Assembly: GCA_031581485.1 (NCBI GenBank)
Contig: JAVLBA010000004.1
Location: 3,741 to 67,740, forward strand
DNA: 64,000 nucleotides
Source of the DNA: Desulfurivibrionaceae bacterium
Lineage (GTDB): Bacteria; Desulfobacterota; Desulfobulbia; Desulfobulbales; SURF-16
Reading direction: 5' to 3'
Below, one piece after another: positions 1-9,909 of the stretch. Position numbers and translations under genes: made by a program. Under the pieces are notes generated by a model, which searched no databases, was not told the DNA's origin, and saw nothing but the letters and a program-made list of their open reading frames with translations. How positions within the stretch are numbered: position 1 is the stretch's first letter; every line of letters begins with the position of its first letter.

Positions 1-2149
1 GGAAATTAAACCGCCTTTCCGCGGGACTCAACCTCACCTTGCCCGGGCGCCGCAAACGCTGAAAAAGGGCATGGAGCTCCTTGCCCTTCAAATGCTGGCC
101 GCTGATATCAATGCCCACATAATCAATGCCCAGCCCCGCCACATCAGCCATGACATCAAGCAGGGAAAAGGGTTCTTTGGCCAGGGCCACGGTCTGGCCA
201 AAGCGCTCCTTGAGAACGATCTCCTCCCCCTTGGGACTGACCATAGCCCGGCCATAATCAAACAAATCCCCTTTCAGGCGGGCGGTAAAGAGAGGGGGGA
301 AGCCATACACCTCCATACCGATCTTCATCTGACCTCGGTTGACGGCCAGCAGGCGGGCATTGTCCAGGTCCGTCTCAATGGAGAGGAAGGTGGCATTGAC
401 GCCGTTCTTCTGCAGGGCACGCAGGGCCAGGGAGTTGAGGATATTGAGGGTATAGCTGCCAAAGAAAACAAGCTTCTGGTATTTGCTCCCCTCCAGGGAC
501 TTGCGGGCCTGCTTCAGCAGACGCACCTGGCTGATATGACCGATCTGGAACTGAAAAAAGCCCAGATCCATGAGGGTGACCAGGGCCTGAAAATAAAAAT
601 CAAGATCTTCCTCCAGGATAACCGGCGGCAGGGCCCAGACCAGGTTTCTGACCAGATGGCGCAGGCTGCGGCTCTGACGCACGGCCTGTTCAAAAATCTT
701 CTGGTCAAGGCTGAGCAGCAGGCGCTCCGGGCGCTGCTCATGGGCGGCCTTGATCACGCTCCACTCATCACCCCGCAGCCAGAGCGGCGGTTGATAGCGG
801 GCAGCGGCCTTGGCCTTCTTGTTGCTGCCGAACTTACGAGGCACCCGGTTCTTGAGACCAAGGAGCTGAAAGACCTGGGCCCCCACCTGAGCGGCAGCAA
901 TACGCTCTGCCACCTCGCGAAAGGGGGCGACCTTGACCTGATCGCCCTGGCTTCTGCCGCCTTTGACGTCCACCTTGTAGAGGCTGTCCCCGGAAGAGAG
1001 GGTGATATCGCCCAAAAAGATATCCACCTTCCACCCCTTGGGCACCTCCTGATGCTGCTCGCCGCGGGACTGCATTTTTTTCAAGGTGAGGGAGTGGCGT
1101 TCGCCGCTTTTTTCCTGATGGAGACGGAGACGATCTCCCACTTCCAGGCCGTGCTGGAGCTTGACCGTAGCCCAGCCCTGATGATGGTTGCCGACCCGTC
1201 CCAAAAAAAGGCCGATATTGCCGGAATGCTCTGGCGCCAGGGCATCGGCGGGCTGCGGCGCCGCAAAATAACCGGCAGTGCTTTTGCGGCCCATGGCCTG
1301 ATCGAGGATCTTCTCCGCCTCAGGCAGGACCTTGGCAAAATCATCCAGGTTATCAAGGGCCAGACGATAGGCCTCAACCACTGAGGCCACATAATGGCGG
1401 CTGCGCATGCGGCCTTCTATCTTCAGAGAACGCACCCCTGCCTCCACAAGCGCAGGCAGCGAACCTATGCCGGAGAGATCGTTCATGGAAAAATTATAGC
1501 CGGCCTCGATCTTACCGCCCGGCCCGGCCATGGTATAGCGGCGCCGACAGGGCTGGACGCAACGGCCCCGCAGACCACTCTTGCCCCCCAGAAAACTGGA
1601 AAAAAGACACAGACCGGAATAGGCGAAACAGAGGGCACCATGGACAAAGACTTCAATCTCCACCCCCTGCTGACAGGCCAGAGCTATCTCCGAGAGGGTC
1701 ATCTCCCGGGCCAACACCACCCGGTCAAACCCCATGGCGCCAAAATGCTTGACCGCCACACTGTTATGGGCCCCCATGAGGGTGGAGGCATGGAGGACCA
1801 ACTCCGGAAAATGGTTCCGGGCCAGATGGTAGAGTCCCAGGTCCTGAATAATAAGGGCATCAGGCTCCAGTTCCTGGCACATGGCCAGCAGATCGCAGGC
1901 AGCGGCGATCTCCTCCTCCTTCACCAGACTGTTGGCGGCAAGATAGACCTTGACCCCCCGGTCATGGGCAAAGGCGATCATGGCCGCCACCTCGGCCACC
2001 GTGAAATGGCGGGCCAGATTACGGGCATTAAAGGCCGGAGCGCCGATATAGACGGCATCAGCACCCGCCTGGACAGCCGCCTCAAAGGCATCAATGGAAC
2101 CGGCCGGGGCCAGCAGTTCTGTTTTTTGCAACATTGTGGGTAAGGCCAT
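1..2149 (-). CDS. U32 family peptidase, long form; 3' end runs off the window start
   Basis: Absent from the ORF track because no stop codon lies in the window. My reverse-strand translation from ATG 2149 reads MALPTMLQKTELLAPAGSIDAFEAAVQAGADAVYIGAPAFNARN...FVHGALCFAYSGLCLFSSFLGGKSGLRGRCVQPCRRRY. It stays open for 716 codons to position 2. Plus-strand ORFs 71..1384 and 1394..2143 are its antisense shadows. Confidence 0.8.
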   Translation of the reverse strand, partial: MALPTMLQKTELLAPAGSIDAFEAAVQAGADAVYIGAPAFNARNLARHFTVAEVAAMIAFAHDRGVKVYLAANSLVKEEEIAAACDLLAMCQELEPDALIIQDLGLYHLARNHFPELVLHASTLMGAHNSVAVKHFGAMGFDRVVLAREMTLSEIALACQQGVEIEVFVHGALCFAYSGLCLFSSFLGGKSGLRGRCVQPCRRRYTMAGPGGKIEAGYNFSMNDLSGIGSLPALVEAGVRSLKIEGRMRSRHYVASVVEAYRLALDNLDDFAKVLPEAEKILDQAMGRKSTAGYFAAPQPADALAPEHSGNIGLFLGRVGNHHQGWATVKLQHGLEVGDRLRLHQEKSGERHSLTLKKMQSRGEQHQEVPKGWKVDIFLGDITLSSGDSLYKVDVKGGRSQGDQVKVAPFREVAERIAAAQVGAQVFQLLGLKNRVPRKFGSNKKAKAAARYQPPLWLRGDEWSVIKAAHEQRPERLLLSLDQKIFEQAVRQSRSLRHLVRNLVWALPPVILEEDLDFYFQALVTLMDLGFFQFQIGHISQVRLLKQARKSLEGSKYQKLVFFGSYTLNILNSLALRALQKNGVNATFLSIETDLDNARLLAVNRGQMKIGMEVYGFPPLFTARLKGDLFDYGRAMVSPKGEEIVLKERFGQTVALAKEPFSLLDVMADVAGLGIDYVGIDISGQHLKGKELHALFQRLRRPGKVRLSPAERRFNF

Positions 2150-2184
2150 AAAAAAACCTGAAAAAAAGGATAGAAAATTACAAA

Positions 2185-2220
2185 GCGCGCCAGAAAGGGA
2201 ATGGTTTTTCCCCGGCGCGC
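2185..2220 (-). terminator. Putative intrinsic terminator downstream of the histidine kinase gene
   Basis: GCGCGCC...GGCGCGC stem. A U-rich run follows on the minus-sense RNA (cuuuguaauuuucu). Confidence 0.4.
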
Positions 2221-2403
2221 CCAGATGAAGAGTTCACCTCCGGTACAAAACGGAGGATTTTATTAACAGCGCCCCCTGCCCCAGGGAGCTGACTTGTTTT
2301 TTAGGGCGCAGAGCAACGATCTCTGCTCTGTCAAAAAGATGGGTGCCCAGCTGTTGCCGCAGCCGCCGTTCATGATGCGTCAAGAGTAAAGCGATCTGGG
2401 CTG

Positions 2404-3762
2404 CTACACATCGGGCTCCGCAGGGGAGAGAGGAAGACAGAACCAGAAATTATTACCATGGAGAACCGGCTCATAGCCTACCCTGCCCCCATGGATCTCG
2501 ATGATCTGTTTGATAAAACTGAGGCCGTGGCCGTGACCCATCTGGCTGCCGGCATTATTGCCCCGGTACCCCTCAGTAAAGATGTGCTCGATATCAGCCG
2601 CTGCAATGTGCTGACCGGTGGTAAAGACATTAAATTTCACCCCATCCACCCCGGGGCGAAAACAGTCTCTGACAAATTCCCGGCCATAGGCCAGGGCCTT
2701 GCGCTGCAGCCGGCCGTCATCCACCACCACGGCCTCGGTATATTTCAGGGCATTGGAAAAGAGATTGGCATAGACCTGGGCCAGCAGCCCCACATCCACC
2801 TGCAGGGGAAAATGCTCATCCCGCATGTCAACAGGATGCTCAATAACAACGCCCTGATTCACAAAACGTCTCTCGAAATGTTCAAGCTGGGGGGCAATGA
2901 TCTCACCCACCACAGAACATTTTCTGGTGCGCAATACCAGTTCCCCCCTGGTGAAATGATCGCGGCGGAAGAGGCTTTCAATGAAAAGAGAGCTGCTCTT
3001 GTGATGCTTTTCTATCTCCTGATGATAATCGCCCAGGGCCTTATGGAGGGAGCCCACCTTGTCCAGGATCTGCTGGCACGAGTCATTGCCGGTCATGCCC
3101 TTGGCCTTTTTCATCGCCCTGATCTGCTGCTCCAGATCATTCATCTCAGCAATCTTCCGGCGCAGCTTGTTGAAGAGATGCTGAAAGTACATATTGGGGA
3201 TGATGATATTATGTTCAATATCCATGACCAGATTGCGGACAAAGTCAATATGCTTGATATTCTGATGGGCCGCCAATTTACCCACCAGAGCAACAGCGAT
3301 GCGGTTGCTGAATTTTTCCAGGAAAAAGGTAACCTGCTCAGATATTGGCCGGGGTGAAACAACCTCAAAGACCCCGGAACCCGCTTGCCGTTTGCCGGAA
3401 GGGGTGCCGAGATAGAGGGGCAGAAGCAGACTGTTGCCCTGATAGGTCATCATGGAGACATCCTGACCAGGGGCGGGATCGGCAAGGGGCTCCTCCATGT
3501 CACTGGCCTGAACGAGCCGCAGGAAACCATCATCACCCTTGAGATAGAGACGACAGATGACGTCCATGTAATGGGGGAGAATAAGCACGGCAATGGCGTA
3601 GAACTCCTCCAGGGAATCCAATTCCTGGTGGAGATCAAAAAAGGTCTTGAGGATATTGTCCTGATCAGCGGTAAACTTGTAGCGGCTGTAGTCCTCTCGT
3701 TTGCTTTTTATCCGTTGGTGCATCACATCAAAGGGGATACTCTTTCTGCTTTGTTCTGCCAT
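2404..3762 (-). CDS. Cytoplasmic sensor histidine kinase with a GAF-like N-terminal region; orphan
   Basis: 452-aa ORF. HATPase_c boxes are visible: N box NLFSNALKY, G1 FTEGYRG, G2 GHGHGLSF. There is no TM segment and no adjacent response regulator. Confidence 0.75.
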   Translation of the reverse strand: MAEQSRKSIPFDVMHQRIKSKREDYSRYKFTADQDNILKTFFDLHQELDSLEEFYAIAVLILPHYMDVICRLYLKGDDGFLRLVQASDMEEPLADPAPGQDVSMMTYQGNSLLLPLYLGTPSGKRQAGSGVFEVVSPRPISEQVTFFLEKFSNRIAVALVGKLAAHQNIKHIDFVRNLVMDIEHNIIIPNMYFQHLFNKLRRKIAEMNDLEQQIRAMKKAKGMTGNDSCQQILDKVGSLHKALGDYHQEIEKHHKSSSLFIESLFRRDHFTRGELVLRTRKCSVVGEIIAPQLEHFERRFVNQGVVIEHPVDMRDEHFPLQVDVGLLAQVYANLFSNALKYTEAVVVDDGRLQRKALAYGREFVRDCFRPGVDGVKFNVFTTGQHIAAADIEHIFTEGYRGNNAGSQMGHGHGLSFIKQIIEIHGGRVGYEPVLHGNNFWFCLPLSPAEPDV

Positions 3763-3839
3763 GGCCTTACTCTCTGGGTCAATATCCGCGCTTCAGCCGC
3801 AAAACGCCTCCTGCTCCGGGCCGGCAACCAGCCGCTCGC

Positions 3840-4385
3840 CTACCCTTCCCTGCTCTCCAGGATCACCTCATCGCATCCTGCTTTTTCCTTTAATAAGACA
3901 TACACATGCTCATTATGGCTTTCCAGGACGTCCACGCCGGCATAATTAGCCTGAATGGGCAGTTCCCGGCCACATTTCCGGTTCACCAGCACCCCCAGCT
4001 GAATGGAACGGGGCCGGCCGAGATCCATGATGGCATCCAGGGCGGCCCGCACGGTGCGACCGGAATAGAGGACATCATCAATGAGCACGATAGTCCAGCC
4101 CGGCACGGCAAAGGGGATATCCGTTGTTTTGACAATGGGCAACTGACTGATCTGGGACCAGTCATCCCGATAGAGGGTGATATCAAGATATCCCACCGGC
4201 AGATCGCGCTGTTCCTGGAGGTTGATGATCTGTCTGATGCGATCCGCCAGAAAGACACCGCCGGTATGGATGCCCACCAGGGCCAGCTTGTCCACGCCGC
4301 GGTTGGTCTCCATGATCTGCAGGGCCATGCGCTGCAGGGAACGGTCAATATCCTGGGCGGTCATGAGCACAGAGCGTTTGGTCAT
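3840..4385 (-). CDS. pyrR: Pyrimidine operon regulator / uracil phosphoribosyltransferase PyrR
   Basis: 181 aa with PRTase motif VLIDDVLYSGRTVRAALDA. It overlaps the purN stop by 4 nt. Confidence 0.85.
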   Translation of the reverse strand: MTKRSVLMTAQDIDRSLQRMALQIMETNRGVDKLALVGIHTGGVFLADRIRQIINLQEQRDLPVGYLDITLYRDDWSQISQLPIVKTTDIPFAVPGWTIVLIDDVLYSGRTVRAALDAIMDLGRPRSIQLGVLVNRKCGRELPIQANYAGVDVLESHNEHVYVLLKEKAGCDEVILESREG

Positions 4386-4981
4386 GACAGCTCCTCCTGG
4401 CCAGGGCAGGCAAAACGCTGCCAGAAATAATCAACGCCCAGGGCATGCACCCTGTTGATGGCCTGGGGAAAGGCCTCGCATTCCGCGGCAAAAACATTAT
4501 GGGCGATATCATCGGGGCTATCGTCATCATCCACATCCACGCATTTCTGGACAATGATCGGCCCCTCATCATAGACCTCATTGGCAAAATGGACCGTACA
4601 GCCGGTGACCCTGACCCCGCGCGCCTTCACGGCCCGATGCACCCGCATGCCGTAAAAGCCGCTGCCGCAAAAGGAGGGGATAAGGGAGGGGTGGATATTG
4701 AGGACCTGACGGGCCAGGGAGGGCGGCGGTCCGTAGAGCTTGAGATAGCCGGCCAGAAGCACCAATTCAACTCCATGCTCCACAAAGATTTTATTGATGG
4801 CCTCATTGCCCTGGGCATAGAAGGCGGGGTAGCCATATTTATGCGCCTTTTCCAGACCCAGGGCGTCCTGGACATTGGCCACCACCACTGCAATTTCTCC
4901 CTGCATGGTGCCGTCAGCCAGGCGCTCATGGAAATTATCCAGGGTCCGGCCGCTTCCGGAAAGCAGTACGCCCATTCTCAT
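4382..4981 (-). CDS. purN: Phosphoribosylglycinamide formyltransferase
   Basis: 199 aa. Formyltransferase core: LLAGYLKL, NIHPSLIPSFCG, TGCTVHF. Confidence 0.85.
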   Translation of the reverse strand: MRMGVLLSGSGRTLDNFHERLADGTMQGEIAVVVANVQDALGLEKAHKYGYPAFYAQGNEAINKIFVEHGVELVLLAGYLKLYGPPPSLARQVLNIHPSLIPSFCGSGFYGMRVHRAVKARGVRVTGCTVHFANEVYDEGPIIVQKCVDVDDDDSPDDIAHNVFAAECEAFPQAINRVHALGVDYFWQRFACPGQEELS

Positions 4982-5118
4982 CAGGTCATCTCCTCAAAGA
5001 GGTGGCCGCAGAGTGATTCCGACCTCCTGCCTCGCAGGATATCAGAAAGGCTCCTTGGCCATCCCCACAGTTATTATAAATGCAGCCCCTTACCAAATAA
5101 GGGCACAGGGCCGGGCAA

Positions 5119-5742
5119 TCAGGCCAGTTCCGGATGGCTGTCAGCGTCAATCTTGTCAAGCCAGTTGATAATCGCCGTATCATAGGCGGCGGTGAGGGCA
5201 AACACCTTGCGGGCCAGCTTGAAACGGGTCTTCAGGGTGGTGTTGCCGGTGGCCTTGATTTCGCTGATCACCAGGGGATAATCAGCGGGATCAACAATCA
5301 CCGTCACATCTCTATAATTCTTGGCAGCGGCGCGCAGCATGGTGGGACCGCCGATATCAATATTTTCAATGGCATTGGCCAGGGTGCAGTCCGGGGCAGC
5401 CACGCTCTTTTCAAAGGCATAGAGATTGACCGCCACAATGTCGATGGCCTCCAGACCATGCTCCTTCATCTGGGCCAGATGGTCGGCATTGCTCTTCTGG
5501 GCCAGAATGCCGCCATGCACCTTGGGATGCAGGGTTTTCACCCGGCCATCCAGCATTTCAGGAAAGCCCGTGAATTCAGAGACATCTTTAACCTTGATCC
5601 CCTCTTCCCGCATCTTCTTGGCAGTGCCGCCGGTGGATAAAATCTCGATACCGAGACTCTCAAGTTCCCGGGCAAAACCTTCGATTCCAGACTTGTCGGT
5701 AAGGCTGATAATCGCCCTTTCAGCTTTTTTCATGCTCTCCAT
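5119..5742 (-). CDS. purH: Stand-alone IMP cyclohydrolase (N-terminal MGS-like half of PurH only)
   Basis: 207 aa that match the PurH IMPCH half end to end: [46 protein letters not shown]. The ORF stops where the AICAR formyltransferase half would begin. A hairpin and a TATAAT box follow before purN. Confidence 0.85.
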   Translation of the reverse strand: MESMKKAERAIISLTDKSGIEGFARELESLGIEILSTGGTAKKMREEGIKVKDVSEFTGFPEMLDGRVKTLHPKVHGGILAQKSNADHLAQMKEHGLEAIDIVAVNLYAFEKSVAAPDCTLANAIENIDIGGPTMLRAAAKNYRDVTVIVDPADYPLVISEIKATGNTTLKTRFKLARKVFALTAAYDTAIINWLDKIDADSHPELA

Positions 5743-5766
5743 CCTCTTCTTGTTATTATTGTCTTC

Positions 5767-6189
5767 TTATTTTCGGATAAATTTCTTGATCAGGCGCCGG
5801 TCTCGCTTGCCTGGCCGCTTAGGGGGTTTCATCTGTCCGGAAACCAGGCGCTCCGCCTTTTGCTCGGCCCGCATCTTGTCGCGGCCGGCAATGCTCTCCT
5901 TGGTTTCCTCATACAGGGCCTGGGCCGCAGTGGCAGGACCCCGTTTGACGGCCAGGCCCACCACATCCACCACAAACTCCACATCATGACGTCTGATGTG
6001 CAGCCTGTCCCCCACCGCCACCAAGCGGGAGGCCTTGACCCGGGCCTTATCAAGATGGACCTTGCCGCCGCTCACCGCCTTAGCCGCCATGGAGCGGGTC
6101 TTGAAAAAACGGGCCGCCCACAGCCACTTATCAATTCGGACTTTGGTGTTCGTGTCAGCTGCCATAACCTGCCTGCCCTCCTTGGACAA
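5767..6189 (-). CDS. hslR: Ribosome-associated heat shock protein Hsp15 (S4 domain)
   Basis: 140 aa with S4 motif RIDKWLWAARFFKTRS and a basic C-terminal tail. The true start may be the internal MAAD at 6165. Confidence 0.75.
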   Translation of the reverse strand: MSKEGRQVMAADTNTKVRIDKWLWAARFFKTRSMAAKAVSGGKVHLDKARVKASRLVAVGDRLHIRRHDVEFVVDVVGLAVKRGPATAAQALYEETKESIAGRDKMRAEQKAERLVSGQMKPPKRPGKRDRRLIKKFIRK

Positions 6190-6307
6190 GGGCCCCTATA
6201 GTACCATAGTTAACGGCCTTCTCAAACAGGCAAAAAGAGCAGCCCCGGCCAAAAAAGGCAAAGAAAAGGGTGGCCATTCTCAGAAAACACGGTAAAGAAT
6301 AGACGCT

Positions 6308-7048
6308 ATGAATTTGACAGCTGTTGGTATCAAAAATATCCGTTTCCCGGTCAAGATACGAGAAAAGGCAGACGGCCATCAGGCAACGGTTGCCTCCATC
6401 ACCCTCCAGGTCAATCTGCCGCGCCGTTTCCGCCAGAATTGCGTGCCCACCTTTCTGGGCGTCTTGGAAAAATACCAGAACGACATCTCCGTGGAGATCT
6501 TCCCCGCCCTGCTGCGCGAGATCAAGGAAGAGCTGCAGGCCGAGTCCGCGCAACTGGAGATGACCTTTCCCTATTTCATCGAGAAAAAGGCCCCGGTCAC
6601 CAAGACCCCCAGCCTCATGGAGTACACCTGCTGCTTCACCGGCTCCATTGGCACCGACTCAGACGACCTGCTCATGTCCATCTGGGTGCCCATCACCACC
6701 CTCTGCCCCTGCTCAAAAGAGATCAGCGCCTACGGGGCCCATAACCAGCGGGCGGAAATCAATCTCAACATCAAATTCAAGCATTTCATCTGGCTGGAAG
6801 ACCTGATCACCATGGTGGAGAAGAGTTCCTCCTGCGAGGTCTACGCACTCCTGAAGAGGCCGGACGAGAAGTACGTCACCGAGATGGCCTACGAAAACCC
6901 CATGTTTGTCGAGGATGCGGTGCGCAAGGTGGCGGTGGCCGCAGACAGCCATCCGGATATCCTCTGGTTTTCCGCCGGCGTCGAGAGCTTCGAGTCGATC
7001 CACAAACACTCGGCCTATGCCTATGTGGTAAGTGACACCATGCGTTAA
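6308..7048 (+). CDS. folE2: GTP cyclohydrolase IB (FolE2 type)
   Basis: 246 aa with signatures CPCSKEIS..GAHNQR and ESIHKHSAYA. Confidence 0.8.
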   Translation: MNLTAVGIKNIRFPVKIREKADGHQATVASITLQVNLPRRFRQNCVPTFLGVLEKYQNDISVEIFPALLREIKEELQAESAQLEMTFPYFIEKKAPVTKTPSLMEYTCCFTGSIGTDSDDLLMSIWVPITTLCPCSKEISAYGAHNQRAEINLNIKFKHFIWLEDLITMVEKSSSCEVYALLKRPDEKYVTEMAYENPMFVEDAVRKVAVAADSHPDILWFSAGVESFESIHKHSAYAYVVSDTMR

Positions 7049-7111
7049 GAGCAGATCCCCGCCTCAATGAGGCCTGCCAAAGAGCCCCCCTTCCCCTACC
7101 ACCTCTCCTTT

Positions 7112-7798
7112 TCAGCCCCTGTCGCCTCCCTGGTAAAGCCCATGTTCCCTGATATAGGCCATCACCTCGGGAGGGAGCATGGCCGAGACATCTTCGCCCT
7201 GGGCCAAGGCCCGGCGGACCGCTGTGGAGGAGACCGGCACCTCATCCATGACCAGCTGACGGATGTGACCATTGCCGGCAAGCTGCCAGAGACCGGGCCC
7301 TACCTGCGACACCCCTCCCTGCACACCGAAAATATGGTGCACCGCTGCCGCCATGCTCTGCTGCCGGGCCTGGGGACGGTTGACCACTACAATATCGGCA
7401 AACCGGGGGATATCTCGGAAGTTCTTCCAGGTGGCCATTTCCACAAAGGCGTCAAGGCCCATCACAAAAAAAAGGGCTGTATCCTCACCGAGCCGCGCCC
7501 GTAATTCTTTCAGGGTATCAATGCTGTAGGAAAGATCCTGGCGCTCCCCTTCCAGGGCGGAGACGGCAAATTGCGGACGGTCCGCCAGGGCCCTCTTGAG
7601 CATGGCCAGGCGATCTGCAAAGGGCGCCACGGTACGTTCCACCTTGTGGGGCGGTTTCGAGGAGGGGATAAAAAGAAGCTGGTCCAGGGCCAGGGCGTCC
7701 AGGGCCACCCGGGCCACGGCAAGATGGCCCAGGTGGACAGGATCGAAGGTGCCGCCCAGGATACCGAGGCGCTTAGGAGCGGATTTGACCATCACCAT
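7112..7798 (-). CDS. nadD: Nicotinate-nucleotide adenylyltransferase
   Basis: 228 aa with GGTFDPVHLGH and VSSTAVR motifs. It overlaps the proA stop. Confidence 0.9.
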   Translation of the reverse strand: MVMVKSAPKRLGILGGTFDPVHLGHLAVARVALDALALDQLLFIPSSKPPHKVERTVAPFADRLAMLKRALADRPQFAVSALEGERQDLSYSIDTLKELRARLGEDTALFFVMGLDAFVEMATWKNFRDIPRFADIVVVNRPQARQQSMAAAVHHIFGVQGGVSQVGPGLWQLAGNGHIRQLVMDEVPVSSTAVRRALAQGEDVSAMLPPEVMAYIREHGLYQGGDRG

Positions 7799-9041
7799 AG
7801 ACGATGAATTTCCTGGTGGTTAACTCCTTGAGCCCCATGGGGCCGTAAGCGTGGAGCTTGGTGGTGGAAATACCTATTTCGGCACCCAGACCAAACTCGC
7901 CGCCATCGGCAAAGCGGGTGGAGGCGTTAATCATCACGGCCGAGGCATCCACCTCGCGGATGAAACGCTGGCCATGGCTGTAATTCTCGGTGACGATCAC
8001 CTCGGTATGCTGGGAGCCGTATTCCCTGATATGGGCCATGGCCGCCTCCAGATCATCCACAACCTTGACGGCCAGAATGAGATCCAGAAACTCCATGGGC
8101 CAGTCGGCCGGGGTGGCAGCCTTGGCCGCCGGCACCAAGGCGCAGGTCTGCTCACAGCCGCGGATCTCCACGCCGGCGGCCAAAAGCTCCGCAGCCAGCA
8201 GGGGCAGAAAGGCGGCAGCCACATCCTTATGGACCAGCAGGGTCTCCAGGGCATTACAGACCCCGGGCCGCTGCACCTTGCCGTTTAAGATAATGGGCAG
8301 GGCCATATCAAAGGGGGCGCTGGCATCGACAAAGAGATGGCAGACCCCCTTGTAATGCTTGAGCACAGGGATCCGCGAATTCTCAGAGACAAAACGGATC
8401 AGCCCCTCACCGCCGCGGGGGATGATCAGGTCGATCTGCTCTTCCAGCTGCAACAGGCGGGTGACGGCCTCCCGTTCCGTGGTGGGGATGACCTGAATGG
8501 CGGCAGGATCGATCTTTTCGGCTTTCAGGGCCTCCTGCAGGACCTGGGCCAGGGCCAGATTGGAATGAATGGCCTCGGACCCGCCGCGCAGCAGAATGGC
8601 ATTGCCGGCCTTGAGGCAGAGGGCGGCCGCATCCACCGTAACATTGGGACGCGACTCGTAGATCATGCCGATGACCCCCAGGGGGATACGCATGCGGCCT
8701 ACGGTAATGCCGCTTGGCCGCCGTCCCATGTCGCTGATCTCCCCCACCGGATCAGGCAGGGCAATAACCTGCCGCAGCCCGCCGATCATGGCGGCCATGG
8801 CCTTGTCGCTGAGCTGGAGGCGGTCCAGCATGGCCGGGGCCAGCCCCTTGGCCTCACCGGCCACCAGGTCCCTGGCATTTTCGGCCTGGATATAGCTTTT
8901 CTGGGCGTCCAGGGCGTCCGCCATGCGGCCTAAGACCCTGTTCTTCTGTTCGGTGGAGAGAATGGCCACGGCATGGGCCGCCTTCTTGGCCTGCACCGCC
9001 ATCTCCCTGATGGTCTGTTCTATTGACATATCTTCTCGCAA
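7773..9041 (-). CDS. proA: Glutamate-5-semialdehyde dehydrogenase
   Basis: 422 aa with full-length ProA-like sequence (ILLRGGSEA, NASTRFADGGEFG). Confidence 0.95.
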   Translation of the reverse strand: MREDMSIEQTIREMAVQAKKAAHAVAILSTEQKNRVLGRMADALDAQKSYIQAENARDLVAGEAKGLAPAMLDRLQLSDKAMAAMIGGLRQVIALPDPVGEISDMGRRPSGITVGRMRIPLGVIGMIYESRPNVTVDAAALCLKAGNAILLRGGSEAIHSNLALAQVLQEALKAEKIDPAAIQVIPTTEREAVTRLLQLEEQIDLIIPRGGEGLIRFVSENSRIPVLKHYKGVCHLFVDASAPFDMALPIILNGKVQRPGVCNALETLLVHKDVAAAFLPLLAAELLAAGVEIRGCEQTCALVPAAKAATPADWPMEFLDLILAVKVVDDLEAAMAHIREYGSQHTEVIVTENYSHGQRFIREVDASAVMINASTRFADGGEFGLGAEIGISTTKLHAYGPMGLKELTTRKFIVYGDGQIRS

Positions 9042-9182
9042 GGGTTTGAACTTGTTGGATTAAAAAGGAGTGCTTCGACAGGTCAAAAAGATACCACAAA
9101 GCAGCAGAGGCCCGAAGTTTTTTTTATTTATTTAAACGCGATAATCACCGGTTTATCCGGTGCATTTATGAGTTGGAATTCT

Positions 9183-9236
9183 ATATGGCGTCCCCAGAAT
9201 CCCTTTCGGACGTCCCCATTTTTCACATCTTCCACT
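9183..9236. repeat. Tandem right-end fragments of the 86-bp palindromic repeat family
   Basis: TATGGCGTCCCCA, then GGACGTCCCCATTTTTCAC, then ATCTTCCAC. These match the right ends of the copies at 10031..10116 and 12924..13010. Confidence 0.6.
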
Positions 9237-9287
9237 CACAACCTAACCTTATTCGTTCGGCATAATTAATTTCGTTAAATCAATTAC

Positions 9288-9614
9288 TTATACGCTTGCA
9301 AGATTGTCTGAGTTTGCTTGAGAAACATGTTTTTTGACTTCTCTATTAATGATTTTACCTACTTTGCTTTTGGCTATTTTCATATTGTACCGCACTTGCA
9401 GGTTAAGCCAGAATTCCGGTTCAATGCCAAAATACTTACCGAGACGTAACGCAGTATCAGCAGTAATTTCTCTTTTGCCATGCACAATTTGACTGACCCG
9501 ATTTGCAGGGACATTAATGTCTTTTGCCAGCTGATTCTGGGTGATTTCCATTGGCTTAAGAAATTCTTCTAATAATACATCGCCCGGTGTGACTGGAGTT
9601 AATTTTGTTGCCAT
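9288..9614 (-). CDS. higA: HigA-type antitoxin (XRE-family HTH)
   Basis: I take the start at MATKL (9614), 4 nt after the higB stop, with AAGGGG as SD. HTH segment: TQNQLAKDINVPANRVSQIVHGKREIT. Confidence 0.85.
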   Translation of the reverse strand: MATKLTPVTPGDVLLEEFLKPMEITQNQLAKDINVPANRVSQIVHGKREITADTALRLGKYFGIEPEFWLNLQVRYNMKIAKSKVGKIINREVKKHVSQANSDNLASV

Positions 9615-9618
9615 GATT

Positions 9619-9903
9619 TTACCCCTTGTGATAGTCAACAATTTCTACGTCGAAGACGTTTTCTTCCGACCAGACGAAGCAAATACGCCACTGGTCGTTA
9701 ATCCTAATACTATTTTGTCCACTTCTGCTGCCTTTTAACTGCTCAAGTCTGTTCCCTGGGGGAACCCGCAAACTTTGCAAAGAAATTGCAGCATTTAGAA
9801 CCTCAAGCTTTATCCTTGCTGCCCTGGAAATACTTCTGAATTTTTTAACATCAAAATCGTTAAAAAGTTTTTCCGTATCCTTGCATTTAAATGACTTTAT
9901 CAT
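9619..9903 (-). CDS. higB: HigB-type toxin (RelE/ParE superfamily, plasmid maintenance system killer)
   Basis: 94 aa. The pattern KCKDTEKLF...RLEQLKG...SIRINDQWRICF is typical of HigB. The toxin-first gene order is also typical. Confidence 0.85.
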   Translation of the reverse strand: MIKSFKCKDTEKLFNDFDVKKFRSISRAARIKLEVLNAAISLQSLRVPPGNRLEQLKGSRSGQNSIRINDQWRICFVWSEENVFDVEIVDYHKG

Positions 9904-9909
9904 AACTCA

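Noticed and set aside
71-2143. Plus-strand ORFs 71..1384 (437 aa) and 1394..2143 (249 aa)
   Set aside because: They are antisense to the U32 peptidase gene, which shows strong family motifs. The plus-strand translations have none.
3071-3087. TGGCACGAGTCATTGCC on the plus strand
   Set aside because: The spacing is N6 rather than N5. It lies inside, and antisense to, the histidine kinase gene.
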